Assembly: GCA_043228905.1 (NCBI GenBank)
Contig: JBHGNT010000010.1
Span: 15,066,001-15,130,000, forward strand
DNA length: 64,000 bases
Direction: 5' to 3'
DNA from: Azolla caroliniana
Lineage: Eukaryota; Plantae; Polypodiophyta
In this document: positions 42,748 through 55,390 of the stretch, piece by piece
Layout: every line of letters starts with the position of its first letter
How positions within the stretch are numbered: the first letter of the stretch is position 1
The notes under the pieces: model-generated
Databases searched by the model: none
Told to the model about the DNA's origin: nothing
Seen by the model: only the letters and a program-made list of their open reading frames with translations
Made by a program: the position numbers and the translations under genes

Positions 42748-45700
42748 TTAAAGACGACGAGTGGAACGAGTCGACGCTGATTGCGGATCTGGTTTGTCCG
42801 GATACTTTCGGTGGAAATCAACAAGAAGATCCTGAGCATTGGCAACATGCTCGACGGGTTCCCAAGTGTGTTCGCTCGGACTATAACCAAGCCAATCAAC
42901 CAAATAATAAAGTTTGTTGCGAATAAGTTTGGAATCGAGGATGGCAGCAACTTCATACTCCGGGCCGACGTCCAACTCCAGCGGGGGCGGCGGTGGTGTA
43001 ACACGATCGGGAATGGTGTTTGCTTTATAAGGTTCAAGAAGAGAACAATGGAAAACCGGATGTATCTGAAGCTGCGGAGGTAGATCGAGGCGAAATGTGA
43101 CATCATTAACCTTACCCATAATACGGAAAGGACCGAGTCGTCGATAATCCAACTTGTCGCACGGTCGAGTAGTCTTGATGTGACGACCTAAGAGCCATAC
43201 TCGATCTCCGATGGCAAAAGAGGAGGGAAGCCGATGACGATCTGCGTAAGTCTTCTGTGTTTGTTGAGCATGACGAAGATGAGTTGAGAGATCTGTCTGG
43301 ATCTTGCATAGTCTCTCCAAATGATACCCGACACGAGGATTGGTAGGTAGCTCCGGGGTGTCGATCACCGACCAGTGAGGATGAGAACCGGTATAAGCGT
43401 AGAATGGGGAGACTCGAGTCAAGGAGTGAACAACATTATTATACGCAAACTCCGCAAAGTGGAGAATCTCGGCCCAATCGTCCTGTTGATAACTCAGGAA
43501 ACACCTGAGATATTGCTCCAACGTTTGGTTTGTTCGTTCCGCCTGCCCATCGGTCTGAGGATGGTAGCCGGAGGAGAGGCTACAAGAGACCTTGAGCATC
43601 TTGAAGAGATGCTGCCAAAATTTGGAGACAAATTGCGGTCCTCGGTCACTGATGATACTGTCTGGGAGGCCATGATGCCGAAATACCTCACGCATGACTA
43701 GGGCGGCGATTTCCTCGCTAGTGATGGCCTTAGTACACGGAACAAAATGTGCCATCTTCATATATCGATCGACGACGGTTAAGATAACATCGAACCCCTG
43801 CAAGACCGACATATCTGTGATAAAATCAAGACAAATAGACTGCCACGGCTTACTTGGAATCGGTAAGGGTTCCCAACAAGCCATATGGATGGTGTCGTGG
43901 CATCTTTGCTCGGCAGCAAGCATCACAGGTCCGAACGTAGTCGTCGACAAAACGGCGAATGTGGGGCCACCAAAAAGATCGCTGCACTAGCTCCAACGTC
44001 TTAGTACTACCGAAATGTCCCGCCGTATGGGTGTCGTGACAATGTTGGACGATTTGAAGGCGACAGGAGCAATCAGGGACATATACGCGCTTTTTAAAGA
44101 ATAACAAACCATCATGATATTCGAATTGTCGGTAGTCAATACCTGGTTGTTGAGACTGAGAACAGGATGCCTGAGAAGTATCAATGTGTGCCAGGATGTC
44201 TTGAGCAAAACTATCCGTCTTCAAGTTTGCACGTATGTCATCGGTAATCCGTGAATCCATCGGGGTGTGAAAAATCCGTGTCGTGTGCAATCGTGTTGGT
44301 CCCAAGATTACTTGCTTTTGATTATCAAATGTTGGATCACCAGGACGAGGTGCAAGATATGAACGCCGTGATAGTGCATCTGCTTTTCCTTGCTGCTTCC
44401 CCAGTCGATATGTGATTTTGAAGTCGAAATGCGTGAGGAATTGCGCCCATCGAGCTTGCTGTCGATTTAGTATGCGAGCGTTCTGGAAATAAGCAAGATT
44501 TTTATGATCACTAAAGATAATGACCTGATGTGGAGAGCCCTCTAAGAAATGCCGCCATTGCACAAATGAATCCACGATGGCTAATAACTCCTTGTCATGT
44601 ATTTCGTAGTTGATTTCCACGACATCGAATTTGCGCGAATGGAAAGCCACCGGATGCAACTCTTCTTTATCTCCTTGTTGAGAAAGGATGCTACCGAGGG
44701 CGAAATCTGAAGCATCAGACTCCATGATGAATGGTTTGCTGGTATCCACATGAGCTGGAATTGGTGTTGATGTAAAGGCTTTCTTAAGATGCTGAAAAGC
44801 CATATCTGCTTCGATGGACCAAAGAAATGCTTGGCCCTTCTTCGTAAGTTGTGTGAGGGGTAAAATAATCTTTGAATAATCCTGTATAAACTTACGGTAG
44901 AAGTTAGCAAAACCTAGAAAACATTGTACATCTCGTACCGACCGTGGAATTTGCCACTCTAGTACAGTTTGGACTTTAGTTGGATCCATGGCGATGCCCT
45001 TTGAGGAGATGACGTAGCCTAGAAATTTCCCTTGCTTGCAGTCAAAGCTACATTTTTCTAGCTTGGCATAAAGACCATTCTCGCGGAGTCGCTTTAGTAC
45101 TAATAGTACATGAGAATCGTGCTCTTGCTGGGTCTTCTAATAAATCAATAGATCATCCAGATAGATGATCAAACAGATATCCAAGAGGTCTCTGAATATA
45201 TCATTTGCCATGTGTTGGAAGACTGCGGGTGCATTGGTTAAACCGAACGGCATAACAGTATACTCGAAATGCCCATACCGCGTGCGAAAGGCGGTCTTCC
45301 ATTCATCTCCCGGTCGGATCCGCACGAGGTTATACGCTCCTCGTAGATCGATTTTGGTAAAAAACTTGGCACCATTAACTCGCTCTAAAAGACTTGATAT
45401 AAGAGGAAGTGCATACCTATTTCGGATGGTGACCTTATTCAATCTGCGGCAATCAACGACGAGACGAAGTGAGCCATCTTTCTTCTTGACAAGGAAGATG
45501 GGTGCACCGGCTATAGATTTCGAATGACGGATGAACCCGCTTGCCAAGTTCTCCTCTATGTAGGCTCGAAGGACTTCTAACTCGATGGGTGACAAGTTGT
45601 AAATTGGTCCCCATGGTGGCTCGGTTCCTGGTTGTAAATCGATGGGACAGTCATAGGGACGGTGATGAGGAAGGGTACCGGCTTTTACCTTGTCAAATAC

Positions 45701-46321
45701 ATCGGCATAAGGATGATATTTTGCCGGAAGTTGTATTGAGGAGTCCTTCTTAATAGTGCTGGAAGGATGTACTGATATTGCAAATAGGAACATTGCCTCC
45801 TTGTGTCCTTCTTCGCGTAATTGATGGAGTGAAATGGTCGAAACTCAGTGAGTAGATTCTTGGGGTGGTCGATATCGGACTTCTCTTGTTCTCCAATCTA
45901 TGGCTGGATTATGTAATTCAAACCAAGGTAATCCTAGGACAATGGGATGCTCTGGACTACTAATTATATTAAATGATATTACACACACAAAACTACCTAG
46001 GACAACTTGAATGGGTTCTGATTCTTCTACAATATTCCCGGAAGCAATGGGATGACCATCAATGACTACTACAGATGCGGGACAAGGAAGTTTTCTTAGG
46101 GATATCTGAGAAGCTTGGGCAAAATTTCGATCCATGAAACAGGAATTAGCTCCGGAATCTAAAAGTGCTAGGACGGGTATTGGGAGAGTACTTTTAGTAC
46201 TAACAATGACTTGGGCTAGGAACACATTGCTAACTTGCTTGGAAGGAATGGAACCACTAATGGGTTGTACAGATCTAGGGCTGCTATCCAACCAAACGGC
46301 TCCTATTTTGGCTGGACTCAA
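42748..46321 (-). pseudogene. pol: Gypsy pol: protease, RT, RNase H, integrase, chromodomain
   Basis: [24 protein letters not shown], integrase SDRGPQF/GYHPQTDGQAER, GPF motif, chromodomain YEVAAILDS..YLVDWLGY..TWEP. In-frame stops at 45845 and 45137, frameshift near 43870. Confidence 0.93.
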
Positions 46322-46654
46322 TCGTTTAACTCTTCATCTAATTGACTAAGGATTTCAAATTTGTTTGAGATACTTGGGCTATTAGTACTATGAATACTAT
46401 CTGACACTCTATTAGTACTATTAATACTATCAGACACTCCGAAGGGAAGAATTGACTCGGGTTTAGTACAGGCGACGATTTGATTTACTTGTCTTCTTAG
46501 CCTATGGGGACAATTGATGGCGGTATGCCCTGGTCCACCGCAATAAAGACATAATCGATTGGCACGTCGTCGTTGCTTTTCTTCTTCCGATAACGGGCCG
46601 CGTCGACGCATGGTATCGATCTCCATCGGTGTCGAAGTATTTGCTTGAGGTATG
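46318..46654 (-). pseudogene. gag: Gypsy gag, C-terminal part with CCHC zinc knuckle
   Basis: [31 protein letters not shown]. Resumes exactly at the copia TSD. Confidence 0.9.
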
Positions 46655-49600
46655 TGTAAAAAGTAGCGTGCGGAAACAAGTATGAAGACCAAACAGAAGG
46701 AAGGAAACTCAGGTTCAATGGAGAGCTTGAGCTTACACGGTATACGCGGGAGAGACAGAGAGAGAGTGAGAGAAGACTCAAAAAACTATATTCAATAATA
46801 ATACTCAGTTTGTACATAAGACGTGCTCAGTGAGCACTTTTATACAAGTCCTAAAAGGACTGACCGAAGTATTGACAATACTTCAATGCTCATCAAGAGC
46901 TCCTACACTAACTCCCAAATATATTCCTCACGGAATATCTTTCCCAACGGCCTCCCGGTTTACGCACTCGGCCTAACCGATCGGTCCCAACCGATCTGGT
47001 CCTCGGCTTCTTCAGCCGATCTGGCCGATGTTGAGCTTGTCTCCCAACACTCCCCCTCAAGCTCAACTCGAGACTCTTCGAGATCCTCGGGCTCACAGCT
47101 CCGGTTCCTCCTGGCTTCACGCCTCGCTCGCGCTCCTCGACCTGTTCGACTCCGCGCGCTTCGACCCTTCCGGTCGGCTTGTCTGCTCATGCGGCCCTTA
47201 TCAGCTCTTCTGCTATTGCGGTGTCGACACTTCTTCTGCTGCCTTTTCTTCCGCTTGGGCCTCGGTTGATTTAGCGTGTCTGAATCAAACATCCGAACCA
47301 ACTCAGCTACCTCCGATCGGTTTTCGCTCTCGTCCGAGTTGGCTGTCTCCAACTCATCTTCGGTCTTCTTGCCCTCGATGGCGTCATCCTCCTCATGCGT
47401 GGTTGGCTTCGGCTCTCTCCTTCGGTTGCTCCCCTTCTGTCCGCTTCCGAACTTTTCCGCGGGTCCGCCCTCGGCTTCTTCAACCGATCCGAAGTCGAAC
47501 TTGTCAACCGACTCGGTGTCGCGGTCTCCGCTCCTTTCCTGCGGCCTTGCTTGGTCGTTCGGGACTGTTCTCCCCCTCAAGTTCGGCACGTCAAGGTGAT
47601 GCAACCCGAGCGTACCTGAGAATTGCCGCAACTTGTCCAGACCAAGAGGCTTGGTGAAGATGTCGGTAGCCTGCCGATCCGTTGGAACGTACTGAAGTTC
47701 GACTTCACCGGAAAGGACACGCTCACAGACGAAATGGTAGTGCACCTCGATGTGCTTGGTCCGTGCGTGGAAAATGGGGTTTTTCGTGAGCTGGATGCTG
47801 CTGAGGTTGTCGCAGTAGATCGTCGTCGGATCGGACACCTCCTCTTGCAGGTCCTTAAGTAGCCACTTCAACCATATGGCTTCGCATGTCGCGACAACCG
47901 CTCCTCGGTACTCTGCTTCGGTGCTCCACAGGGCAACTGTCGGCTGCTTCTTACTGCTCCACGCGATCGTGGCACTCCCGAGGGAGAACGCGTATCCAAA
48001 CGTGGATCGGCGATCGGCGGCGTTGCCAGCCCAATCAGCATCGGTGTAGCCGACTAACCGCGTGGTTGCACCGGTCCGATATAGCAGTCCCCGGTCCTTA
48101 GTGCCGTTGACATACCGAAGTATGCGTTGCGCACACTGAAGGTGCTCCTCGGTAGGTCGCGCCATGAACTAACTGATCACCCCGACCGGATAACTGAGGT
48201 CGGGTAGGGTGATGGTCAAATATATGAGGCTTCCGACAATTTGTCGGAACCTCGTTGGGTCGCATACCTTTCCCGTATCGGGACGAAGCTTGACGGTTTT
48301 GTCTAGAGGAGACGAGATGGACTTACAGTCGGCCATCCCGAATTTGAAGAGCATAATCAGCACGTAATGACGTTGGCTGATCAATATACCTTCGGGGGTA
48401 CGGATCACTTCGATCCCGAGGAAGTAATGAAGGTCCCCCAGATCCTTCATGTCGAACGATGCCGCAAGCTGGAGCTTCACGCGGTCGATTTCACCTAGGT
48501 CGGCGCCGGTGATGACCAAGTCATCAACATATAGTAGAATACTAACCGGTGCGAGTCGACCTTTCCGGATGAATAGGGAAGTGTCCGATTTTGACGTGAC
48601 GAAGCCCATTCGACGCAGTTGTTGCGTGATCTTCGCATTCCAGGCACGCGGGGCTTGCTTCAGTCCGTAAAGGGACTTCTTCAGTCGGCATACTGCCGAG
48701 GAGTTCGTTCCGGAGTGAAATCCGGGGGGCTGTACCATGTACACATGTTCCTCAAGTTTACCTTGCAGGAACGCATTCTTTACATCCATCTGATGTAAGT
48801 GCCACCCCTTCGCCGCGGCTACTGCGAGCAAAACACGGACGGTCATCATTTTCGCGACCGGCGCAAATGTCTCATCGTAGTCGATGCCGTGTTTCTGCGC
48901 GTAGCCGTTTGCCACTAGCCGAGCCTTGTACCGGTTGACTGAGCCATCGGTGTTGTTCTTGACCTTGTACACCCACCTACACCCGATCGGCTTCACACCC
49001 TTCGGTGTGTCAACCAGGTCCCAAGTCTCGTTCTCCGCCAATGCGTGCATCTCTTCCTCCATCGCGGCACGCCAATTCGCGTCTTTAGCCGCTTCTAAGT
49101 AGCTCTCCAGCTCACGCACTTCCACTACACGGGTCATGTACGCATAATGATGCGCCATGTACTCGTTGTATCCGAACCGCACAACTGGGTTCTTTTGGCG
49201 GGTAAATCGGCGTAATGTCACATTAGCCGATGTCGAGGCCTTCTCGGTCTGACTCGTTCTTATCCGTGCCAGAATCCGACACCTTCTTCTTCCCTTTCTC
49301 TTTGCGCGTAAGCCGTCTCCTCGGCTTCCTGCGCGGGGAATGCACGGCCGAGTCTCCACTACTCGCCGACTCTTCATCGGACTGGTCGTACCGACTCAGT
49401 CGTCCAATAGGTCCACTTAACCGGAGTGAAATCGGACTCTCTTCGCGGGTCTCGATTTCGGGCTCATTCGGAGGCATCTCGGCCTCGCTGACCTCATCGT
49501 CAGAGCTCGGATTGGAGTCGAGGTTCGTAGTCGGGGGCAGGTACCAGGACGCGGACTCGTCAAACACAACGTCGCGGCTGACACGCGCTTGTTTGGTGCG

Positions 49601-52276
49601 AGGGTTATAACACTTATAACCCTTCTGCTCATCCGAGTAACCGACCAAGATGCATTTCTCGGCCTTTGCGTCCAGTTTCCTCCTTTTCTCTTTCGGTACA
49701 TGCACATACGCAATGCTACCGAACACCCTCAAGTGTCGCAAGTTCGGCTTCGTTCCGAAATATAGTTCTTGCGCCGACACTTTGTCTCCAATCCGGTTTT
49801 GGATGTATACCGCGGTCCTTACCGCCTCGGCCCAGTAGAACTTGGGCAAGCTCTTCTCCTCCAGCATTGCCCGTGCCGCTTCCACAACTGACCGATTCTT
49901 TCTCTCGGCCACGCCGTTCTGCTCCGGCATGTATCTACAACTGAATTTGCGGCGAATTCCCATTTGTTGTAGGTAACCGTTGAATTGACCGGAAAAGTAC
50001 TCTTTCCCGCCATCCGACCGCAGGCACTTGATCTTTCGTCCCGTTTCGGCTTCCATGAACCCTTTGAGGTCCTGGAAACAGTCGAAGACTTCGCTCTTCC
50101 TCTCAATGAGGTAGATCCACGTGTGCCGTGTGTGGTCATTGATGAAGGAGATGAAATATCGGCTCCCGCCAAGACTAACATTTTGTGCCGGCCCCCACAC
50201 ATTAGAGTGTATAAGGTCGAGCTTGTTCCGGCTCCGATTTCGCTCGTTGGGGAAAGGAAGTCGGTGTTGCTTCCCGAGCTGGCAGGCTTCACAAATTTGT
50301 GCCTTTCGGCCACTAAACTTGGGCAATCTGAACACTACCTATTTCGATTGCAGATCTTGAAGCCGCTGGTAGTTGACGTGGCCTATCTGCTTGTGCCACA
50401 AGTCGATGTCCGACTCGGCTTTTTGTCCCTTTGCGAATAGTGCGGTGCCGCCGTCAGTGGAATCGAGGATGAACATCCTCCCGTCTCTGTGCCCTTGCGC
50501 AATCACACGACCTTCTTCCTCAATGAAGCACCCGAGGTGTGTAAAACCGAACCTCCATCCCTTGGTCGACGATCTGTCCGACCAAGACCAAGTTTTTCAT
50601 GATTGTCGGGACGTGCAGCACGTTCATGAGTTTCCCTTTCTGCCCGACGTGGCTAAGGGGAACTTCTCCGACATTCGCGATCGGATGCGAAGTGTCGTCT
50701 CCTGTTGCGACTACTCCAGGTTGTATCGGTTTTTCGAGGTACGAGAACCACTCCTTATGGCTCGTCATGTGGTTTGACGCGCCGGAGTCTACGTACCACA
50801 CCTCGTCTGATCTCGGGGTGCTCTGTTTCATTGAGTTTGCTTCGTGTCTCGTCACGAAGACAGACCCTTCTCCGACTCTCCCAGAGTCTTCGGCGTAGTG
50901 CGATCGCTGCCGATTTCCCTTGTCGGTATGTCTGGAGCCGTTCCCGGAACCAATTCTCTCCGAATCGGCGCGCTTCTTCCAACAGTCACTTTCCCTGTGG
51001 CCTTTCTTGCCACAGTACCAGCACTCCGCGAGGGCCTTCCCTTGCCGGTTCTCATCGCTTCGACTCCCCCTGTTTCCGGAGGGTCCGGAGTTGCTGTCGG
51101 CATCACTTCGGTGCCATCTTCCTTGATCTCGTCGGCCGCTTCCATTGCGTACTGACTCGCCTCGTCTGCCACGACCACGAGGCCTTTCTCCCTCCATGTA
51201 CAACATCTTGTTGTCGGTGTGCGTGCTCGTCGACACACCCATGTGGTTCTCCTCTACCAGGAGCATCGACTGTAAGTCGAAAAAGGACGACATAATCTCC
51301 CGGGTGTACACAGCCGTTCGGAACGCTCCGAACTTCGACGCCAAACCTCCGAGACAGATCTGGACCATCTCGCTCTCCTCGATGTTCACCTCTATGGAGG
51401 CGAGGGAGTCACAGATATCCTTGATCTTCGAGGTATAGTCCGCCACCGACAAGTCGCGTTGTCGTAGGTTGCTCAACTCCTGTCGGAGCTGAAGCTTCCT
51501 GGCTGTGGTGCTTGCGGCGAAAATCTTCTTCAGATTTTCCCACGTACCCTTCGACGTCTTATCTTCCCGAACATAGCTCAATAACTGTTCGCCCACACAC
51601 GACGCGAAGCAGTACAATACCCTGCTCGCCGATTGCTCCCACGACGGGAAGTCTCTATGTGTCGATTCGGGTGCCGCGTCATTAGCTCCTTCGACATAAC
51701 TCCAGTAGCCGTGCCCAAGCAGGTACTGGTGCATCTTGTAGGACCAAGACGCATAGTTGGTTCTGTCGAGCTTCTCTGTTGGAAGCGAGCTCGCCATGCC
51801 TCTATCCATCGTTCTTCTTGTTCTTCTTCGTCAAGCTGTGTCGGCTGCAGAGAGGTTCTCAATCCTCGCGCTCTGATACCATGTAAAAAGTAGCGTGCGG
51901 AAACAAGTATGAAGACCGAACAGAAGGAAGGAAACTCAGGTTCAATGGAGAGCTTGAGCTTACATGGTATACGCGGGAGAGATAGAGAGAGAGTGAGAGA
52001 AGACTCAAAAAACTATATTCAATAATAATACTCAATCTGTACATAAGACGTGCTTAGTGAGCACTTTTATACAAGTCCTAAAAGGACTGACCGAAGTACT
52101 GATAGTACTTCAATGCTCATCAAGAGCTCCTACACTAACTCCCAAATATATTCCTCACGGAATATCTTTCCTAACGGCCTCCCGGTTTACGCACTCGGCC
52201 TAACCGATCGGTCCCAACCGATCCGGTCCTCGGCTTCTTCAGCCGATCCGGCCGATGTTGAGCTTGTCTCTCAACA
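46655..52276 (-). mobile_element. Full-length Ty1/copia retrotransposon; LTRs 46655-47049 and 51882-52276 (395 bp each), TSD GTATG
   Basis: TG..CA LTRs with 13 differences, all transitions. TSD at 46650-46654 and 52277-52281. tRNA-iMet PBS tggtatcagagc at 51870-51881. PPT at 47050-47061. Confidence 0.97.
46960..51809 (-). pseudogene. Copia gag-pol polyprotein (gag, CCHC, protease, integrase, RT, RNase H) with stops and frameshifts
   Basis: CWYCGKKGHRESDC, WYVDSGASNHM, LRSDGGKEY, YKARLVA, LYVDDLV, YTDADWA, TKHIEVHYHF. Frameshifts near 50545 and 49225, stops near 50340 and 48169. Confidence 0.95.
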
Positions 52277-52281
52277 GTATG

Positions 52282-53102
52282 TCTCGTGCAAACGGTTTAG
52301 CCGCGACTGCGGCGTAAGTGGGCTCTGGCCTAGAGCGTGGTATCTGTAATTGACGTTCCGAACGCCGTTCGAAAAGGCGGTTGTCACATCGGACTGCTCG
52401 ACTGATTGCCTCCGTAAGAGACTTTGGTTCTTCAGGGAAAGTTAGAAGTAGATCTTTGACATCGTTTCGTAGGCCATAGCGAAACTGCTCCATTAGTGCT
52501 TGATCATCCTAGGGTATATCTAAAGCAAGTAGGCGGAAATCCGCAACGTAGGCAGAGGCTGGACGATCGCCTTGACGCAATCGCCGGATCTTGTTGATCG
52601 CCGTCCTGATGCTGTTGGTGTCTCCAAAGCAGGCTTTAAACTCACTAATAAAATCTTCAAAATTATTAAGCAAGGGCGATTGTTTTTCTAGAAGCAGAGT
52701 GAACCATGCTAAGGCTGAGCCGCTAAGCAACGTGCCTATTAAGCCAACTCGGGATGCATCAGTGGGATATCGGGAAGGATGCATTTGGAGAACTAATCGT
52801 ACTTGATTAAGGAATCCCCTGAATTGCGATCGCGTTCCATCAAATTTCACAGGAAGTCCAATCTTCGGCTCTTTATGAAATCCTTGGGGACTTGATCCTT
52901 GTTGTTGCAATGCCGCTTCGAGTTGTTGCACCCGTAATGCTAACTCCCCATGCTGTTGCTGCGTTTGTTGTTTTTCTAGAGTGATTTGTTGCAGATCCCC
53001 TATCAGCCGTTGGTTTTCTTGTTCCAAGGCAACAAATTTTTCTTTTAAGCACTGTAGCTCGGAGAAAACGGATTGATATTCTTGGGCGCTAACAGTAGCC
53101 AT
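52282..53102 (-). pseudogene. gag: Gypsy gag, N-terminal part (coiled coil plus retrotrans_gag capsid)
   Basis: EPKIGLPVKFDGTRSQFRGFLNQVRL, LRQGDRPASAYVADF, FRYGLRNDVKD. In-frame TAG at 52509-52511. Confidence 0.9.
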
Positions 53103-53626
53103 AGTATAGGGAAAAGGGTAGGAGGATGAGGGAGAACGACAAGTAGGTTGGAGGACCGGCAAAATTGGTTCAAACTGTCAGGAATAGTACTAAGCAGATA
53201 TGGAATTAGTACTAAAGAAGAGCAGTACTATTAGTACTAAGAGGACGGGACTGCGTAAGACTCCCGAGAGAGAGAGAAAGAGAGAAGCGAAAAGAGAGAT
53301 AGCGAGGATGAGAGAGAGAGAGAGAGATGATGATGATAACAACCAATATATTATGTGAAGGATAAGTACAAAATGGCTAAGAGGCTTAAGACTGGCGTTG
53401 AACAAATTTGGTTCAACATAATGCCTAGTGCCTTCTTTTATAGTGTTGTCAGGAGTAATCCTGAAACTTCTAGAATGTTCCAGAGAAATCTGGAATATAC
53501 ATTACTTTCTTATAATAAAACATAAATGAAACTAATATCCTATGAATTACAATAGATGGTGTGATGGTTAAGAGCTTGACCCATATGCCATAAGGTTATG
53601 GGTTCGAGTCTTGCCATATCATGACA

Positions 53627-54116
53627 ATAGGTAAGGGTCTTGTTAGTAAGCGTATCAAGGAAGTATATAAGGAAACATGTGTTGCTACCCTTGTCTCAGA
53701 GTTTAAGAACCAACTCGAGGAGTTCATTCCACATAACTTTAGGAGTTATTGGCAAAATTCACAGTTCAAGGAATGTACAAATAACTTACCACCAGATGTT
53801 ATAGTATCTGTTATTAACTTTGCAGAGAACTATACGTTTAAATTTCAAAATGAGGTTCAATCAATGCATTGGTACAATGATCAATGTACAATACTTGTAC
53901 ATATTTGCTACTGGAGAAAAGACGGTGAGTTACATAAGAAATCAATATTCTACATTTCAAATGATAAAAAGCATGATATGCTATTTATTCAACATTGTTT
54001 TAAGCTTCACCATGCAGATTTATTGTCCTTGGGTGCTAACTTTAATTGGCATTGGGTTTGGTCTGATGGTGTTGCCTCGCAATTTAAGGCAGCCTGTCCT
54101 TCTACTTCATTGCAAG
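53627..54116 (+). pseudogene. Catalytic region of a Sola2-like DDD transposase
   Basis: PHNFRSYWQ..F, VI(N)FAENYTFKFQNEVQSMHWYNDQCTI, YISNDKKHD, WSDGVASQFK. The first catalytic Asp appears as Asn. Splice donor GTGAG at 54117. Confidence 0.7.
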
Positions 54117-54505
54117 GTGAGGAAATAATCCATATGTTTGGTACTTATAAATGGAAGTCTATTTTGGTAATACTCCATAGTACTTATAAATGTTTGTATA
54201 AAATACTGAATTAGTAAATCTTCAACTACATGCACCAATACTGTCTTGGAATGTGAATCTGAACTGATTGGCCATTTAGTTCTCTCCTCCTAGATTCACT
54301 AGTATTGATTATGGTAATAACCATGTTAAGTAAACTTAACTTATAGGTTAGTACTGTCGTCCTACGTGTACAAGTACTAATTAAGGTTGAGGCCTTGTAA
54401 TGTATCCGTAATTTACAACATAGTATTATCCCCAAAGGTGCACATGCAAAAGTACTGACAATGGTTTACAACTAAGTACTCAGTGTAAAGTAAGGCGTGG
54501 AATAT

Positions 54506-55390
54506 TGTTCGGCCACAACCGAGTCTTAAATCACTTCGATGAGAATGAAACACCAAAATGGGAAATGGAGAGTACACAAGGAAATACACAGGATGTTTAC
54601 GTGGAAAACCCTAATAGGGAAAAACCACGAGAGCCCACAGACTCCAAACTATCACTATATGAGAAAGGTACAATCAGAGCCTCAGAGGCAATGACCTCGT
54701 GCTTTGTATCTTCGCCAACCGGCAGTTACAACAGAGTATCGCTCTGTATCTCACACTCTCTCTCTATATATCGCTCTCTGTACAACAATTATCACTGAAC
54801 AACAATATCGCAACCACAAAAAGTGATTGCCCTAAGTCATATTTATACTTATATGATCTTAGGTCTATTTACAAATATAGCCTCAATAGGCTTACTCAAA
54901 ACATATTTACAAATATGTCTTCTCATCCGGTTCTCACCGGGTCTATCCGATCCTGTTTCCGGTCTGATCCGGTTTCCGGTTCTCACCGGGTCCACTTCAT
55001 TCGTAACCGGATCCCATTTGGAGGGACCAATTTCCCAAAAATCTCCCCCTTCACTCCGGCATGGGATGTCTCGTCAACTCGATCCTCTTTCATCACGCGT
55101 CTAACTTGTCGGTTGTTAGCACCTTGGTCAGCATATCTGACTCATTCTCCTCCGTGTGGATCTTTGTCAGCACGAACTCTTGATCTTCTACTCTCTCCCA
55201 GATCCAATGGTACCTCTGTTGGATATGTTTCGTCCAGGAATTGTAGGCCACGTTCTTTGCAAGGTGGATGGCACTTTGACTGTCACAATAGAGCCGGTAT
55301 TCCTCATGTTGGATCCCTAGCTCTCCGATGAAGTCCTTCATCCAGATGATCTCCTTGCTGGCTTCCACAGCTGCCATGTACTCCGCCTCG
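54506..55390 (-). mobile_element. 3' fragment of a second Ty1/copia (RNase H end, PPT, 3' LTR 54506-55040)
   Basis: EAEYMAAVEASKEIIWM..LYCDSQSAIHLAKN..TKHI..DMLTK. PPT agggggagat next to 55040. The LTR is related to the solo LTR at 62378-63179 in opposite orientation. Confidence 0.88.

Larger units (their letters stand above)
42543..53626 (-). mobile_element. Ty3/gypsy chromovirus (Tf1/Tcn1-like), near full length; 5' LTR 53176-53626, truncated 3' LTR ~42543-42736; interrupted by a copia insertion
   Basis: Order gag-PR-RT-RH-IN-chromodomain on the minus strand. PPT taagggggagatag next to 42736. The shared 180-bp LTR segments differ at 4 sites. Confidence 0.93.

Noticed and set aside
42557-53626. 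Outer gypsy LTRs look younger (4/180 differences) than the nested copia LTRs (13/395)
   Set aside because: The difference is within sampling noise, and the copia LTR has more methylatable cytosines.
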